Of a DNA stretch of 64,000 bases, positions 1-12,569 are shown in pieces (positions within the stretch are counted from its first letter, which is position 1; every line of letters starts with the position of its first letter). The notes below the pieces were generated by a model. That model was not told where the DNA came from. It did no database searches and saw only the letters and a program-made list of their open reading frames with translations. Both the position numbers and the translations under genes were made by a program. Source of the stretch: Oikopleura dioica (Eukaryota; Animalia; Chordata); contig OU015568.1 in NCBI GenBank assembly GCA_907165135.1, positions 3,596,001 to 3,660,000 of the forward strand, read 5' to 3'.

Positions 1-302
1 CAAAGAAACGAATTTCATTTTTTTATTTCTGTTTTCCAGGGTTTAAAACCGACAATTTATACGGAAAGTGAAGACAACAGATTTATTAGTGCATGGACGA
101 GATTATCGTTAATGCTGTTCTCATTTTTTGACGCTTATTTTATTAATAATCAATATGGTGACCTTTTTCTTTCGTTCCTATGACCTTCTTTAATGCGTAA
201 TGTTTGTGCAATATATCATTTCCTTGGCAAACAGTACTCATCAGGCGCGAGGTGCATTTCCAAGCTTATTTACAAACGCTCTCCTAGAGACGGCGACTTT
301 AA

Positions 303-713
303 ATGACAACGATTTTAGAGGAAACGCTCTGGCTTCTTTACACCTGTTATGCTCTTGCAGCACTTGCTGGGATTCTTGCATTGGTACTTATTGGGGCGCT
401 TATTGTCAAGCTCATTTGCGGAGCTTCAATTCTCTGCTGTTGCGTGAAGAAATCTCGAATCTATCCCGATGGAACTGTGAAAGAAGAATCCTGTTGCACC
501 ACTTGCTGTTGCTGGTGCTGTCGAAAATCGAAACCCTACTACCCTCCTCCTCCAATTCAATATGTTCATATGGAGCAACCAGTTGCTCATCCTCCAGTTT
601 ATCCCCCTGCTCAAGAAAAAGCTACCGATCTTCCACCATCCTATGAAGAAGTCCAAGAAGTCGAGAAAGTCAAGAAGACAGGAAAAAAGAAGAAGAACAA
701 AAGAAGAGAATAA
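303..713 (+). CDS. Small single-pass membrane protein with Cys-rich juxtamembrane region and PPxY motifs
   Basis: 136-aa ORF with a hydrophobic segment (LWLLYTCYALAALAGILALVLIGALIV), Cys clusters (CCTTCCCWCC), PPVY and LPPSYEE motifs, and a basic tail. Confidence 0.7.
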   Translation: MTTILEETLWLLYTCYALAALAGILALVLIGALIVKLICGASILCCCVKKSRIYPDGTVKEESCCTTCCCWCCRKSKPYYPPPPIQYVHMEQPVAHPPVYPPAQEKATDLPPSYEEVQEVEKVKKTGKKKKNKRRE

Positions 714-1829
714 TGAATATCCTCCTTGATCCCCATTTTCCAACCCTATGAAAATCGACAGATTTGAGGGCTGTTTTCTTTGCTCGATGAAGTTCATTTT
801 TTTTATCTGAGAGCAATCAAATTTATTGAAAGAAAGTCTTGTTTGTTTGAAATGTTTATTTAAAGTCTGAGAAGTCAGAAAAAAGTAAAAAAGTGAAAAT
901 ACTTAGGTAAACGCACGGTCAGAAATCATTATAAAAAAAGGCGAAAGAAGATTTTTTTCTTTTTGAAAGTTGAACTTGATCGAGAAGATAGGGACGAAAG
1001 AAAATTTGTTTTTGCTGATGAGTATTTACAAAAAAGTAGATAGTCATAACTTGACTCATAAGATTGAATTTAAACGAAAAGAAGTAAAATAAAAAAATAG
1101 TCGTCAAAAATATATACAGAAAAAAAAAGAAAACTTGGGTTTGTTTTCAGCAGTTTTGAACAGGGAAAACAGGAAAAAGGGGATGTCGGAAATTGGGAAG
1201 GAAAAAGGCTGAAAAAGGGAGAGGGATGAGATGTTCTGATTAGTAAGGCGCGAATCTTTGAAGTCCTCGTTGAAGCTAAAAGTGATTGATTAGGATTGAA
1301 ATTTTTCTTTAGAAAAAATAGTATGGCATGCAATTTTCGGCATTCAAATGATTGGAAAATGGATTCATCAATATTGTTTGTGAAAGATTTTTTGAGTGGT
1401 GCGAATTTTATGTAAAGATTTTTTCGTGCATATAAATGGAGTAAAATGAATGGTTCTTCATTTTTAGTGTTTCTACTAACTATTTTTTTCATGCGTGGAA
1501 TTTAGGAGAATGATAAACTGGCGATTTTAGATTCGAAAACACCCTTTTTTATGAAAAAGAATCAAAACATGATTTAATAATTATCTCATGCTGATTCCGA
1601 AATGATCATTCACGGCATTCTCTAGCTATTTGCTTACCCAATAAGATGTCTTTATAGAGCCCATCTCATCATTTTGTGTATTTTAGATAGGGATGTCAAG
1701 AACTCGAGGAATATTTTTGAAGGCTTATTTTTTTGCTTTTTTTGAAAGAAGAGACGAGAAGAAGGAGGTGTTTTTTGAGAAGGTTCTTGTTTTGTTTTTG
1801 CGTTGTTTTTTTTTACTGGACGGTACTCA

Positions 1830-4800
1830 CCGCGTACTGGGCGAAGTTGGGATAGGTCACTTGGCCGCTTGAGTCGAAGTTTACCCGGGGATCCATGATT
1901 GGCATTGAAGAGGGGATTTGGATATAGCGACCCTAAAGAAGATTTAAATGATAGATTGGCAAATTTTAATCTTACCATAACTTGGTTCTCAATTTGTTGT
2001 TGATAAATCTGGGCAGGGTCGTAAGAAACAAATGATTGCGGATGTATTTGCGGTAAGAGCCCGGCAGGTGCCGGTAGACCTCCCTGAAAAGAAAAGTAGC
2101 AAAACGCAGTGTATTTATTTTTGCTTACCATATTCATGGGCGAGTGGGGCAGTAAAACGGGTCTGAGCGATGCTCTCGGTTTCATGCCTAGAATTGGCTT
2201 GCCCGCAGGCGTGTTTTTCTTCGACTGGACGCGTGCGGTCGCATCGTTGACTTCTATTTTTCTACCTGGAAGGGGCTCATAGTCAGTTTTCTCTCTCTAA
2301 TGAACTGCTCTTACCTTCTACCATGGTCCCATTGAGTTCTTTCTTCGCCGCTTCTGCTTCAAATTTATCCATGAATGTGACAAATCCAAAGCCCTTCGAT
2401 CCCCTTTCGTTAAAAATAATTTCCACGTCGTGAATATCCCCAAATTTCTAAAAGGTATGATAAGGCAAATCTAGCTTTAATTTGGCTTACCCCAAACATC
2501 TCCCTCAGATCAGAGTCGCGAAATCGGAAGGGAATATTTGAAACGTGAAGTCGTTTTGGTTCCTTGTAGCTTTCCATTATTTGACAGTCTTCCATCGGCT
2601 TCTGAAGAAAAGGGTAAAAGTCGATTTTGGGAAATATTTTCTCAAATAATTTACTCAAAGAAGGCCGCTTACTAAGCAATATAAGACGTAAATTTGAACC
2701 TCAGTCATGTTCTTCGAGAAACCATAATTTTAAAAAATGTCAGATTTTTATGGAATTTTCATAGTTGGTTTTATGTGAAAAGGAATTAGTAAATCTAAGT
2801 TTATTTAAACTGCTTAAGCAATTTTAAAAGATTTCTTTTAAAATTGTTTACAATTTATACCTTAAAATAAAATGGATCCATGGTAATCCACATTTTCAAT
2901 TTTCAAATAAATAAATCTTCAAATTTTTTCTCTCTTTCAATCTCAATTTTCGATGCTACTACGCGGCGCGAGCTCTCTAAGTTGTGGCCTTGACCAAAAT
3001 TGAGCCCTGGCACGCGTTATTTACGCTGATTTAAAAATAAAATTTCTCTCTTATTTTTTGAAATCGAGCGCTCTTTCCGCCGCTTATCGTTTTCTCAAAT
3101 GTTTTTCACGTGGGCTCGAAAACGCGCTAAAAATGAGAAAAAAGGGTTGAATATTGTTAATTTAAGAATATTGAGGATGAAAAAAATGTTGCAAATATGC
3201 TTCTGGCGTGATAGCATCGGCGATTCGCAGGTGCAAGAACGCGAGTGGGCTTCTCTCTCTCTATTTTTCACAAGCTGATATCCAACCGGCGATTTTTATT
3301 TTTCAACCAGGGAGGTAGCGTCCCACATTGACTCTAGATTCTCTTTCGTTGGAGGATCATTTGATTGAGAATAAAGCCGCGCTTTCAGCGGCTTTTTTCT
3401 TTGAAAGCTCAAAGCCGCAAGCGGCTTCTCGATTTTAGAAAAAAAAAATATTGATGAAAAATTAAGGGTTAGGATATTTTTATTCAGAGAAGAGAGCCAT
3501 TATCCCGCTATAAATCGAATTCTGCGTCGTAATAATGATAGACACCTGTCCCTTGACAAATATTTACCGCTATATAAGGCACCACGAGCGGAATTTTTCT
3601 GATGTCTCTCTTACAAAACATAATTTCATCAGGGCTTTTGAGGAGGACGAAGAAAACTGGATTGATTTTGAGCCTTGCTCAGAGGCAACTCTAAACGCAC
3701 CTGTTGAGAACATGATTGATTTGGTTGCGAGTTTCACGAAATTCGAGGTTGCGGCGCGATTTTTTACTTGATAATTAAGCTTAATCAGGGTTGTCTTCAG
3801 CTTTTTTAGCGAAAGATTTGGGGTTTTCGAAGGCCAAAAAAAAAGTTTTTTTTGTAAAGAAAAGTCTACCTCGTGAAGCCCAGCAGCTTGAGAAAGCAGT
3901 TGCTGATGATACATCTGTAATTGAAACTGATGGTGTTGGTTCTGTGTCTGTAGCTGTTGATAAAGATAAGGGTTCATCATAATTCCCGCCGAGTGCGTCA
4001 AGTGAGGATCCATCTGAATAATCTTTAACTACTCTCTCTCTTTTTTTTTAAAACCGAGAGAAGATCGAAATTGAAGAGAAAATTGATGAATAATATAGTA
4101 TGCATATATTTGAAATATTTTATATTTGTTAGCGGTGGACACAAAAGCGCTATTTATGCATGGATGGGCCACTGCAAACATCGCCCGCGACAGGTTGATT
4201 TACGGAAAATGATTCAAAAGATTCAAGATTCTCGTAACCCGCCCGCTGCAGACGTGACCTCGAATCAGCATAAAAGGCAATTTTGTTTCACTTGGATTTT
4301 TGGCCATTTCTTTACCTGATGTGCCATGCCAAGCGGAGTAAATTCCCTCGTCAACGGGTTAAAAGTCAGTGGACTTGTTGTTGCTGAACTCGTTGTTGAA
4401 GATGGCTTCGTAGTTGTTGTATTCGTCGTTTGCGTTTTGGTCGTTGTTGTTGTCAAATCCTGAAAATCGGTTAAATTTGATGAAAAAAGAAGCGGTCTAG
4501 ATTTTAACTTGGAATTAACGACTTGCTTATTAATTAGGGTAGATTTTGGGCAAGTCGTAAATCTCGTTTTCAGCGTATTTGTTACGTAATATTTTTATTT
4601 TCTCTCTTTTGAAAAATTTTTCTGGTCGATTTTTTTATATAATTTACGATTTCGAATATTCAATCTGAAGGGTCTCGCTATGATTGTACCATTTAGTCAC
4701 GTAATCTTCTCGACTCTGGTTTTATATTTCAAAGGCTATTTTTACTTTCTCTCAGTCGGTGGTGGTGTAAGTCGAAGAAGAAGGAGAAAAGAAAGGGGAG

Positions 4801-4850
4801 GAAACGAGAGTTGGCTTAATTGGATAATCTGCTTCAAATTGAGCTCGCGC
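1830..4850 (-). CDS. RBFOX: RNA-binding Fox-1 family protein (multi-exon; ends approximate)
   Basis: Diagnostic RRM split over mini-introns at 2200-2600: [15 protein letters not shown] / [18 protein letters not shown] / [13 protein letters not shown]-rich and T-rich upstream exons lie at about 3849-4013 and 4316-4459. Confidence 0.92.
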
Positions 4851-5196
4851 TGAAAACATCGAAAGAGGCATAAAATGGAGCAATTTTCGAAACAGCCACT
4901 TTCGAAAAAATAATTTTCGGGGAAATGAATGTGCGTTTTTTGGATTGATAGATTTTGAGTTAAATACAAATTGATGTTCAAGTTGTGGTGCCTTTCTTGG
5001 AGGCAGCTTCAATTTATAATAATTTGCGCTTCGAAAATTGCGCCGGCCGGGGATGAAGTCAATCGGAGACGCAAATTGAGCGATATAACCGCCCGCAATT
5101 TCCACGAGTAAAGGTCCAAAGCCTTATTTACTTTTGTCCCGCAGTCGCAATTCGACTTTTCTAAGATGCAGCTTTTCTTGAATTTCTATGCTTTAA

Positions 5197-5950
5197 GGAT
5201 ATAGCCTGTAAAATTCAACTTTCGTAGCGGCTAAACGCGAGGTCGGATCTTTTTCATTTCAAGTACAATCCTACCTAAAAATGGACGGAGAATTCAATTT
5301 TGGTACTTTTTCAAAAATTTTTACTTGAATTTTTCTCTCTAGAGCGATTTGAAATCTTACGATCGCGATTCCTCGAAAATTTTTCACTAAATCGGTCGAG
5401 TTTTTTCGATAGATATGTTCTTTAGACCTTTATCTACAAAATTGACGGTTTAGTTTTCTCTAACTCCGAAAGAAACCGATTTTACAGCCATTTCCATGAG
5501 GCTAACTCAGCGCGCAGAAGCTATGAAAAGCGCTGCACTCGGTGCTCGCTCTCTCGCCTCCTCTTTTCCGGGAGAGAGTGCGTGTTTTTGCGAGCGCTTT
5601 GATTGGCTGCACGCGATAAAGCGCGCAGGGAAGAAAAGCAAGAGCAAAAAAGAGGAGAATACTAGAATGAAAATATGACCGAGTTTGAGAATTTTATTCC
5701 CTCAATTTTCTAGCTTAGCATCATGACAATAGAGAACACGGTTTAGTTTTAGCGAATTAGTGGAAAAATTTTGAGAAATCGCGATCGTAAGATTTCAAGT
5801 CCCTCTAGAGAGAAAAATTTAGGTGAAAATTTTAAAAAATATACCAGAATTAAGTTTTTCGTGCATTTTTAGGTTGGATTGCTTTTGAAATGAAAAAGAT
5901 CCGACCTCGCGTTTAGCCGCTACGAAAGTTGAATTTTACAGGCTATATCC
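5197..5950. mobile_element. Non-autonomous foldback element with TTAA TSD (Kolobok-like termini)
   Basis: About 200-bp inverted arms starting GGATATAGCCTGTAAAATTCAAC. TTAA at 5193-5196 and 5951-5954; GG...CC ends. Confidence 0.8.
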
Positions 5951-8233
5951 TTAAGGTCTGCAGCCTGTATAGAAAACCTGAGTCAGGAAGTTAAAGCGCG
6001 TTTAGGACCCTGACTCAGGTTTTTTACTTGTCGTCTAGTCAAATCTATGCTAGATTCTCGCACCTAGAACAAGTAAAAATACTCAAAGATCGATAAATCT
6101 TTCCAAATTGTAGGACGCCAGTCAATTTTTAAAAGTTCAACCTGTTAACGATAAAATCGTAAAAGCGATAAATTTTCATCAATCATGACCGTCGAAAGCA
6201 TAAATCTGCCTCTTTTTGAATAGGAAAAATGATTTGACGCTTTGGCGGATTTGAAAAATTTGAAGTTCATGAAACGTCTCAACTCCAGGAAAGATGATTC
6301 GTGATGATTTGAACTTGGGTGGGCTTTGATTTTTGACGGATTGGTTCGGTAGATTAATCCCTGGTTATGGGCCATAACTTATGGCACTATTAAGCAGATT
6401 TTTAAAGCTTTTTTAACACTTGTTGTTGACTTATTTTACGAAAAATAATGGTTGACCATCGTAAACTCAAGAAAGAATGTAACGACTTTTTTTTGATTTT
6501 TTCAACATTCCGGAAGAATATTAACTCCAATTTTTATGGATAACTGTATCTCAAACCCGTCTTTTCAGTAAAAATCCGTCAATAAAGGCTATTATGAATT
6601 CATACCTTGATCGATACCTCGAAAAAAAATAAAAAGCCGGACGCTCAAAAATGTCAAAATATCGTTTTCCAAAAGCTGTTTCTCAAGAATCTTTCAAGAT
6701 CAAAAGAAAAGCAAAACTAACATGACTGACCGAGCTGAACGGGGCCCAGTGTGTCAATGGAGGAGGAAGCAGACCTTGAGTTTTTGACAAGTTTTTTCAA
6801 AGAAAGAAAGAATCTGAACCTTGAGAACTCACTCGTCTGGAATGATTGTTTTTAAAAAAGCTGATCTATCAAAATTTTTAGAAAAAAAAAGATGATTTAA
6901 AAATAATACCGCCAACATCTGACACAATAATCAGGGCCAGAAATTAAGGGGGTAGCCTTATCAACAGCCAAATTCTTACTTTTATAGCCATATTTTTTCG
7001 ATTGTCAAGTGCTTCTTTCTATCTCAGAGTTTCTCTCCCTTTCTATGCGATTTACCCCAATTGGCCAAGTGCAAAGCGAGCTGAGTGCGCTTATTAACCA
7101 AAGGGGTGATTAGCGTCGGAAAGTTGTAAAAAGCAAATCTCTTTTTTTTTATACTTTTAACACCTTCAACAATTCATGTTTTTTATTCTACCTTTGTTTC
7201 CTTTTTCAATTCGTTTGTTTCGCTCGAGATTTTCATGTTTCGGGATGGGTCCTCTATGATTTCAATTTTCATTTTAGCTAGTTTTTGGTTAAAAATTTGT
7301 TAAATAAAGTTTGATTCATGCGATTTGCTGCGATGATTAGAGTTTCAAAATGAGCGAGAGGGAAAGCGCGACAGAAAAGAAGAAGAGTCATAAAATAAAA
7401 CCATAGTCGTATAAAGCGGTCCGCTTGTCCGATTCAAGTTCATTCCAACACTCATAATAAGGGCAATTTCTTTTGGATGAGCTTTGCCGGAAATAAGGGT
7501 GGAAGCCCGTATCCGATCCATCCCGATTCAAGCTACCTCTGTTAGAATAAACTAAGACGTCCAAATCGAACAGAAAATGAAGATTTTAACTGATTTTCTT
7601 AATAAAGGAGGGATACCCTTATTTTCTTCCTTTGCTACAGCCCTTTTTTCTTTGTTGATTTTTTGAAAGAGAAACCCTTATTTGACTTTTTACTATTTTT
7701 CGCCTAATCAATTATTAATTCAAAGGATACTTACGTCACAAATTATAGAGGCTCTTTTTTTCTTATCTTCTTTATAAATAATAAATAATAGTATTTGCTT
7801 TCAATAATTTGCTGGTGAGTCTCTGGTAAGTCGGGATCTCGTTTTATTTCTATGGGAGTAGTTCTTCTCGGGCTGATCTCGACGAAGCTTGTTTAATAAT
7901 TCAGAAAGCATTTGCGTCCCTAAGGAGTGCCCGTTGTGAAATGGAAGAATAATGTCCTGAACCAAGCCCACCAACTATTAACATAGTCCATTATAAATGA
8001 CCAGAGCTGTCGTATCAAACCTTTTCTAACGCAGAGAAGCAGCCAATTAACTATTTACACATTTCCTGATAGACACTTCATTTCAAGGCACTGGCGACTT
8101 ACGGAGAAGAGTTCACACACTATTTCTATTCAATTATGCAACCTACCCCAGATATTCACATCGTCACCCGCTAAATTTTTTGAGTTTATTATGAGTTGAA
8201 TAAAGGCAGTCAAAGATGATATGTTCGAAAGTT

Positions 8234-9270
8234 TTATTTCTTGATGGTCACTCCATACAAGCGGCGTTTGTCAGCTCTTCCTTGGGATGCTCCGGGAATT
8301 TCTGTCTTTGCGGATTTTCCTTTGGCGCGACACTTCCAGTAAAAGAGCCAAATCTAAAGAAAAATTATAAAGATATTATCTGCATTTTCAGCCCTTGGTC
8401 CTGACAGATGGTTTTGTCCCGACTGACCTCAAACTGAGCATAGTTGATCTAGAAGCTTTTATGGGGAGATTTGCAATTTGACTTACGAGAACGATCAGAA
8501 TCACGCCAACGCTAATGATGTACATTGTTTGATGAGCCTTCTGGAATTTTTCAAGCTTTCCAAGGATATCCTATTGAATCAATTATTGACTATTTTCAAT
8601 GAATAAGAACGTACATCGAGCGCTTTTGATTCGTCGTCATCACCGATGTAGTCATAAATTTGCTCGTCGTAGTCGTAGTCGTCATAGTCATCAACATCAT
8701 CGTAGACTTGATAGTAGTCTGATTCTTGTTCAAGCTCGTTTTGTAACAGCGCTAGAATTGTTCGTATCTCATCTGGTAGCAACTTTACCTTTGATGTTTT
8801 CTCGATTTTGTTCCTCGGCAATAGAATCTTGGAGTTCATCATAATCGATAATCCAGTCAGGGTAATCAGAAATTCCATCTTCATAATCCTTAACCCAGCT
8901 TATAAAGAATAGCAAGGACAATTCTTACATCATCATAATCTTCATCTTCATAAGCATTCTCGTCTTCGTCTTCGATGAACTCGGTATCGTCGATAAAGTC
9001 GTAGTCGGTAATTTCATCGTCCTTGATCGAATATTTATCGATGCTTAAATAATCACCTTACCTCGTATTCTTCATAATCTTCATATTCCTGGTCTTCATC
9101 TAGGTCGTCTATCATGAAGTCATCGCTAAAATCGGCAACGTCGCCGTATTCGTTATCTTATTTCGGTCGAAAATCATAATGAAGACATGCTTTCTTACCT
9201 AATGCGTATTCTTCATAATCTTGAGCATTGATTCCAAGAAAAGCAAAGTAAAAATACAAAACAGTCTCAT
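8234..9270 (-). CDS. Type I membrane protein with extremely acidic Asp/Glu/Tyr-rich ectodomain (multi-exon)
   Basis: Signal peptide MRLFCIFTLLFLGINA and DY-rich exons joined by short GT-AG introns. TM segment IISVGVILIVLI; basic tail ending YGVTIKK*. Confidence 0.7.
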
Positions 9271-9543
9271 ATTTTTTATGAAATAATCGTCAAAAACATT
9301 TTAAAAGCTGGGTAGCTCTAGAAAAGAACTTCCCAACTATCGTCTTTTTTTCCGTCAAAACGGTATCCCGATTCGCTGATGTAAGTTCCCTCGAACTTGC
9401 ATCGTCCAAATACAATTAATTTACGCGGAACGTCCCTGACCTTTTCGCCGTAAATTTTTCGCCTCTTATAAGGATCGGCAAACCGTTTTCTTATCATTGA
9501 GCTCTGAGATAATCGGAGAAATAACTCAAAAAAGAAACTAAAA

Positions 9544-10152
9544 ATGAAGTTGGCCGCTTTTTTCATCGCCATTGCTGCTGCCCAGTACAACCCCGATCGT
9601 AAGTACCTGTAAATAGCCATTTTATTCCTTACAAATTCAGCTGCTTATCCAGCAGGAGATTCCTACCCTGCCCAAACTCCTCAAGTTTCGAACCAAACTC
9701 CTCAGGTTTCGAACCAAACTCCACAACAATCGAACCAATACCCACAGGAGTCGAACCAGACCCCACAAACTTCGAACCAATACGCTCAGGAGTCGAACCA
9801 ATATGCTCAACAATCGAACCAAACTCCTCAGCAGTCGAACCAGTACCCACAACAATCTAACCAGACCCCACAGGTCTCGAACCAATACGCTCAAGAGTCG
9901 AACCAGTACGCTCAGCAATCCAACCAGACTCCCCAAACTTCGAACCAGTACGCTCAGGAGTCGAACCAATATGCTCAACAATCGAACCAAACTCCACAGC
10001 AGTCGAACCAATATCCCCAACAATCCAACCAGACCCCACAGGTCTCGAACCAAACCCCACAGGAGTCGAACCAGTACCCACAGGGATCCTACAACGATGG
10101 ATACTCCGCTTCAAGCAGCCAATACAACGGCAACTACCGACGACGACGATAA
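9544..10152 (+). CDS. Secreted Gln/Asn/Ser/Tyr-rich heptad-repeat protein (exons 9544-9598, 9641-10152)
   Basis: Signal MKLAAFFIAIAAA and a 42-nt GT-AG intron, then an open frame of SNQ(T/Y)(P/A)Q(Q/E/V/T) repeats ending YRRRR*. This frame is not in the ORF track. Confidence 0.85.
9672..10083 (+). repeat. 21-bp coding tandem repeat (about 19-20 units)
   Basis: Units of the form tcgaaccaaactcctcagcag. Confidence 0.9.
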
Positions 10153-10250
10153 TTCATATCACTGTTTCTTCTCCCTCGATCACAATAAATTACCACTCTC
10201 TAAAACGCCCTTTGATTTTGTCAAAACGGAAGTGACTTTGATTCATAAAA

Positions 10251-11405
10251 ATGTCGTTTCAAAAAGATAAATTCGAAAAACTCGTTGAATACGGAGTCCT
10301 AGAGAAATCGGCAAAATCTGGAGGTTATGTTCATGTTCATGCAGAGGAAAACTCGGAGGGATTTTTTGAGGCGATGGAAAATATGGAATCTTCTGGCAAT
10401 GTTGTTTGGATAGTGGGTTACCCAAAGACGGGAAGCCACTTTGTTCAGGGCATTTTGAAGAACCTTGGCTGCAAGTAAGCAATAATAGACTTTTGATGAA
10501 TTCAAATCCGTTAGGTTGACAACTGAGATAAAAGATGAAGATACCTACATTGAATGGAACCCTTTGGAAAACCAGCGATTTGGGAAAAAGGCCATTCAAT
10601 TGCTAGAAACTGCTGCTAAAGACCATCCAACTCAAGGTTTCCCTAGTTCACCTTGCTCTTCTTACTAACTATTTTACGCTCAGAAGTTCCTCTGGTGATG
10701 CCTCATTCTCACCTACCCCTTTCATCTTTTCCACAAAATCTGAACGGGAACAAGGTAATTTTCGTCGATCGCGATCCAAGGGCCACTGCTGCCTCTGCTT
10801 TTCACTTCTTTTGCGAGAAGAAGGATGATGAAGATACTGTCTACATCGAGCCTTTCGTCAAAACAATGGAAATCAACGAAGATATCAACAAATTTACCGA
10901 GTTGTTCTTTACTGGAAACTTCTATTACGGGTCAGCTTTTGAATTATAAATTATAATTTATAATTGTTGAATATTCGTCTTTTCTAGCGATTATTTTGAA
11001 TACAACAATCAGTGGAAAATGAACTTCAAAGCCAAATACCCAAAAGCGGAAATTCTTCATTTGAAATTCGAAGATCTCAAGTCGAATTTACCCGAACAAG
11101 TTTCGAAAATCGCTAGTTTTCTCAACATTGAAAATGTCGATGCGCAGAAAATTGCCGAAGATTCATCATTCAGGGTTTTTTTTAACTTGCATAACGGTTA
11201 ATTTACTGATCTGCAACTGTAGTCGATGTCGAAGAAAAAAGTAAAAGTGGAGCGAAAAGAAGACTTCAATACCAAACTCTACCGCCAAGGAAAAGCCGAG
11301 GCCTGGAAGTCTGAAATCGATCCAATTCTTCTTTCGAAATTTGCGCTGAAGTCGGAGAGAAACGGATATCCCTTCTACTCTGATGCCAATTTATCTGTTC
11401 TCTGA
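10251..11405 (+). CDS. Cytosolic-type sulfotransferase (multi-exon)
   Basis: 5'-PSB motif WIVGYPKTGSHF, 3'-PB motif RDPRATAAS, KFEDLK, and C-terminal LYRQGKAEAWK. Confidence 0.9.
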
Positions 11406-11568
11406 ACACAGAATTTCTATCTTTTATATTTCATGATAAAAAATTTGCTTCTTTGATGAATTCATCTGAATTGAGCAGCTTTTTTACCAAGTAAACTTTC
11501 TTCGAACTCAAGAATAGTTTACTCGAGGGTAGGGAGGCTATCAAACAAATATCGTAATTCGTCAAATC

Positions 11569-12569
11569 CAGAGTTGCAAATTTTGTGAGCTAGCTGAGCT
11601 GAGCTATCTGAGCTAGCTGAGCTACAGCTCAGCTCAGCTCAGCTCAGCAATTTTGAGGTGAGGGTCAGCTCAGCTCAGCTCAGCTCAATTTGACCTCAGC
11701 TCAGCTAGCTCAGCTCAATGGTTCTTCGAAAAGAGCCAGCTCAGCTCAGCTAGCTCAATTTTGACCTCAGCTCAGCTAGCTCAGCTCAGCTCAGTCTATT
11801 GAGCTGACAAAGATCGAACCACTTTTGATTGGTCTTTTTTTCAAAAACTTCGACGTATTTTCTATTCATGCTTTCCTGTTGGTCAATTTTATATAGAAAT
11901 AATTCGAGTTTTCTTTGAAACAAGAGAGGAATTAAATAAAAAGGGCTTCCAATAAAGAAATAATAAACTACAGATGGTAAATATGTGATTGCGAATGTGA
12001 GAGACTGGTCTAGGGGTGTGCGAGGGCAGGGGCTCCCTGTCCATCTACGCTAGAAGGTTGAAACATTGGCTCATCCACATAAATGATACCACTGTATAAT
12101 ATTTTGGAGGATTCCTTATTGTTAAATGACAGAATAATTTTTTTATGTCAAAAAAGTGCGATGTTGCGAGTGAGATGCTGGTCTAGGGGTGTGTGAGGGC
12201 AGGGGCTCCCCTGTCCATCTACTCAAGAAGGTTGAAATTCGCTTCAACAAATTTTTTTGACATTTTTGTAGTAAATAAAAATCAGCTTTCTCCGCTCAGC
12301 TCAGCTAGCTCAGCTCAGCTAGCTCAGCATAAAAAAATGGTCAGCTCAGCTCAGCTAGCTCAGTTTGAGAAATCGTCAGCTCAGCTCAGCTCAGCTCAAA
12401 AATTTTTAAATATGCCCCAGCTCAGCTCAGCTCAGCTCAATTTTTTTGAAAAAAACCAGCTCAGCTCAGCTCAGCTCAGTTGTTTTCTATGAGGAGCCAG
12501 CTCAGCTCAGTTTCAACCTCAGCTCAGCTAGCTCAGCTCAGAAAAAAATTTCAAAAATTTGCAACTCTG
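11569..12569. mobile_element. Non-autonomous hAT-type element with (AGCTC)n subterminal arrays
   Basis: TIR CAGAGTTGCAAATTTT and 8-bp TSD GTCAAATC (11561-11568, 12570-12577). AGCTC pentamer arrays at 11588-11807 and 12295-12541. Confidence 0.9.

Noticed and set aside
8774-8789. Apparent 16-nt intron
   Set aside because: A downstream acceptor gives a normal 37-nt in-frame intron.
9637-10270. Leu-rich minus-strand and Arg/Thr-rich plus-strand ORFs
   Set aside because: Shadow frames of the 21-bp repeat; the signal-peptide-linked frame is the credible one.
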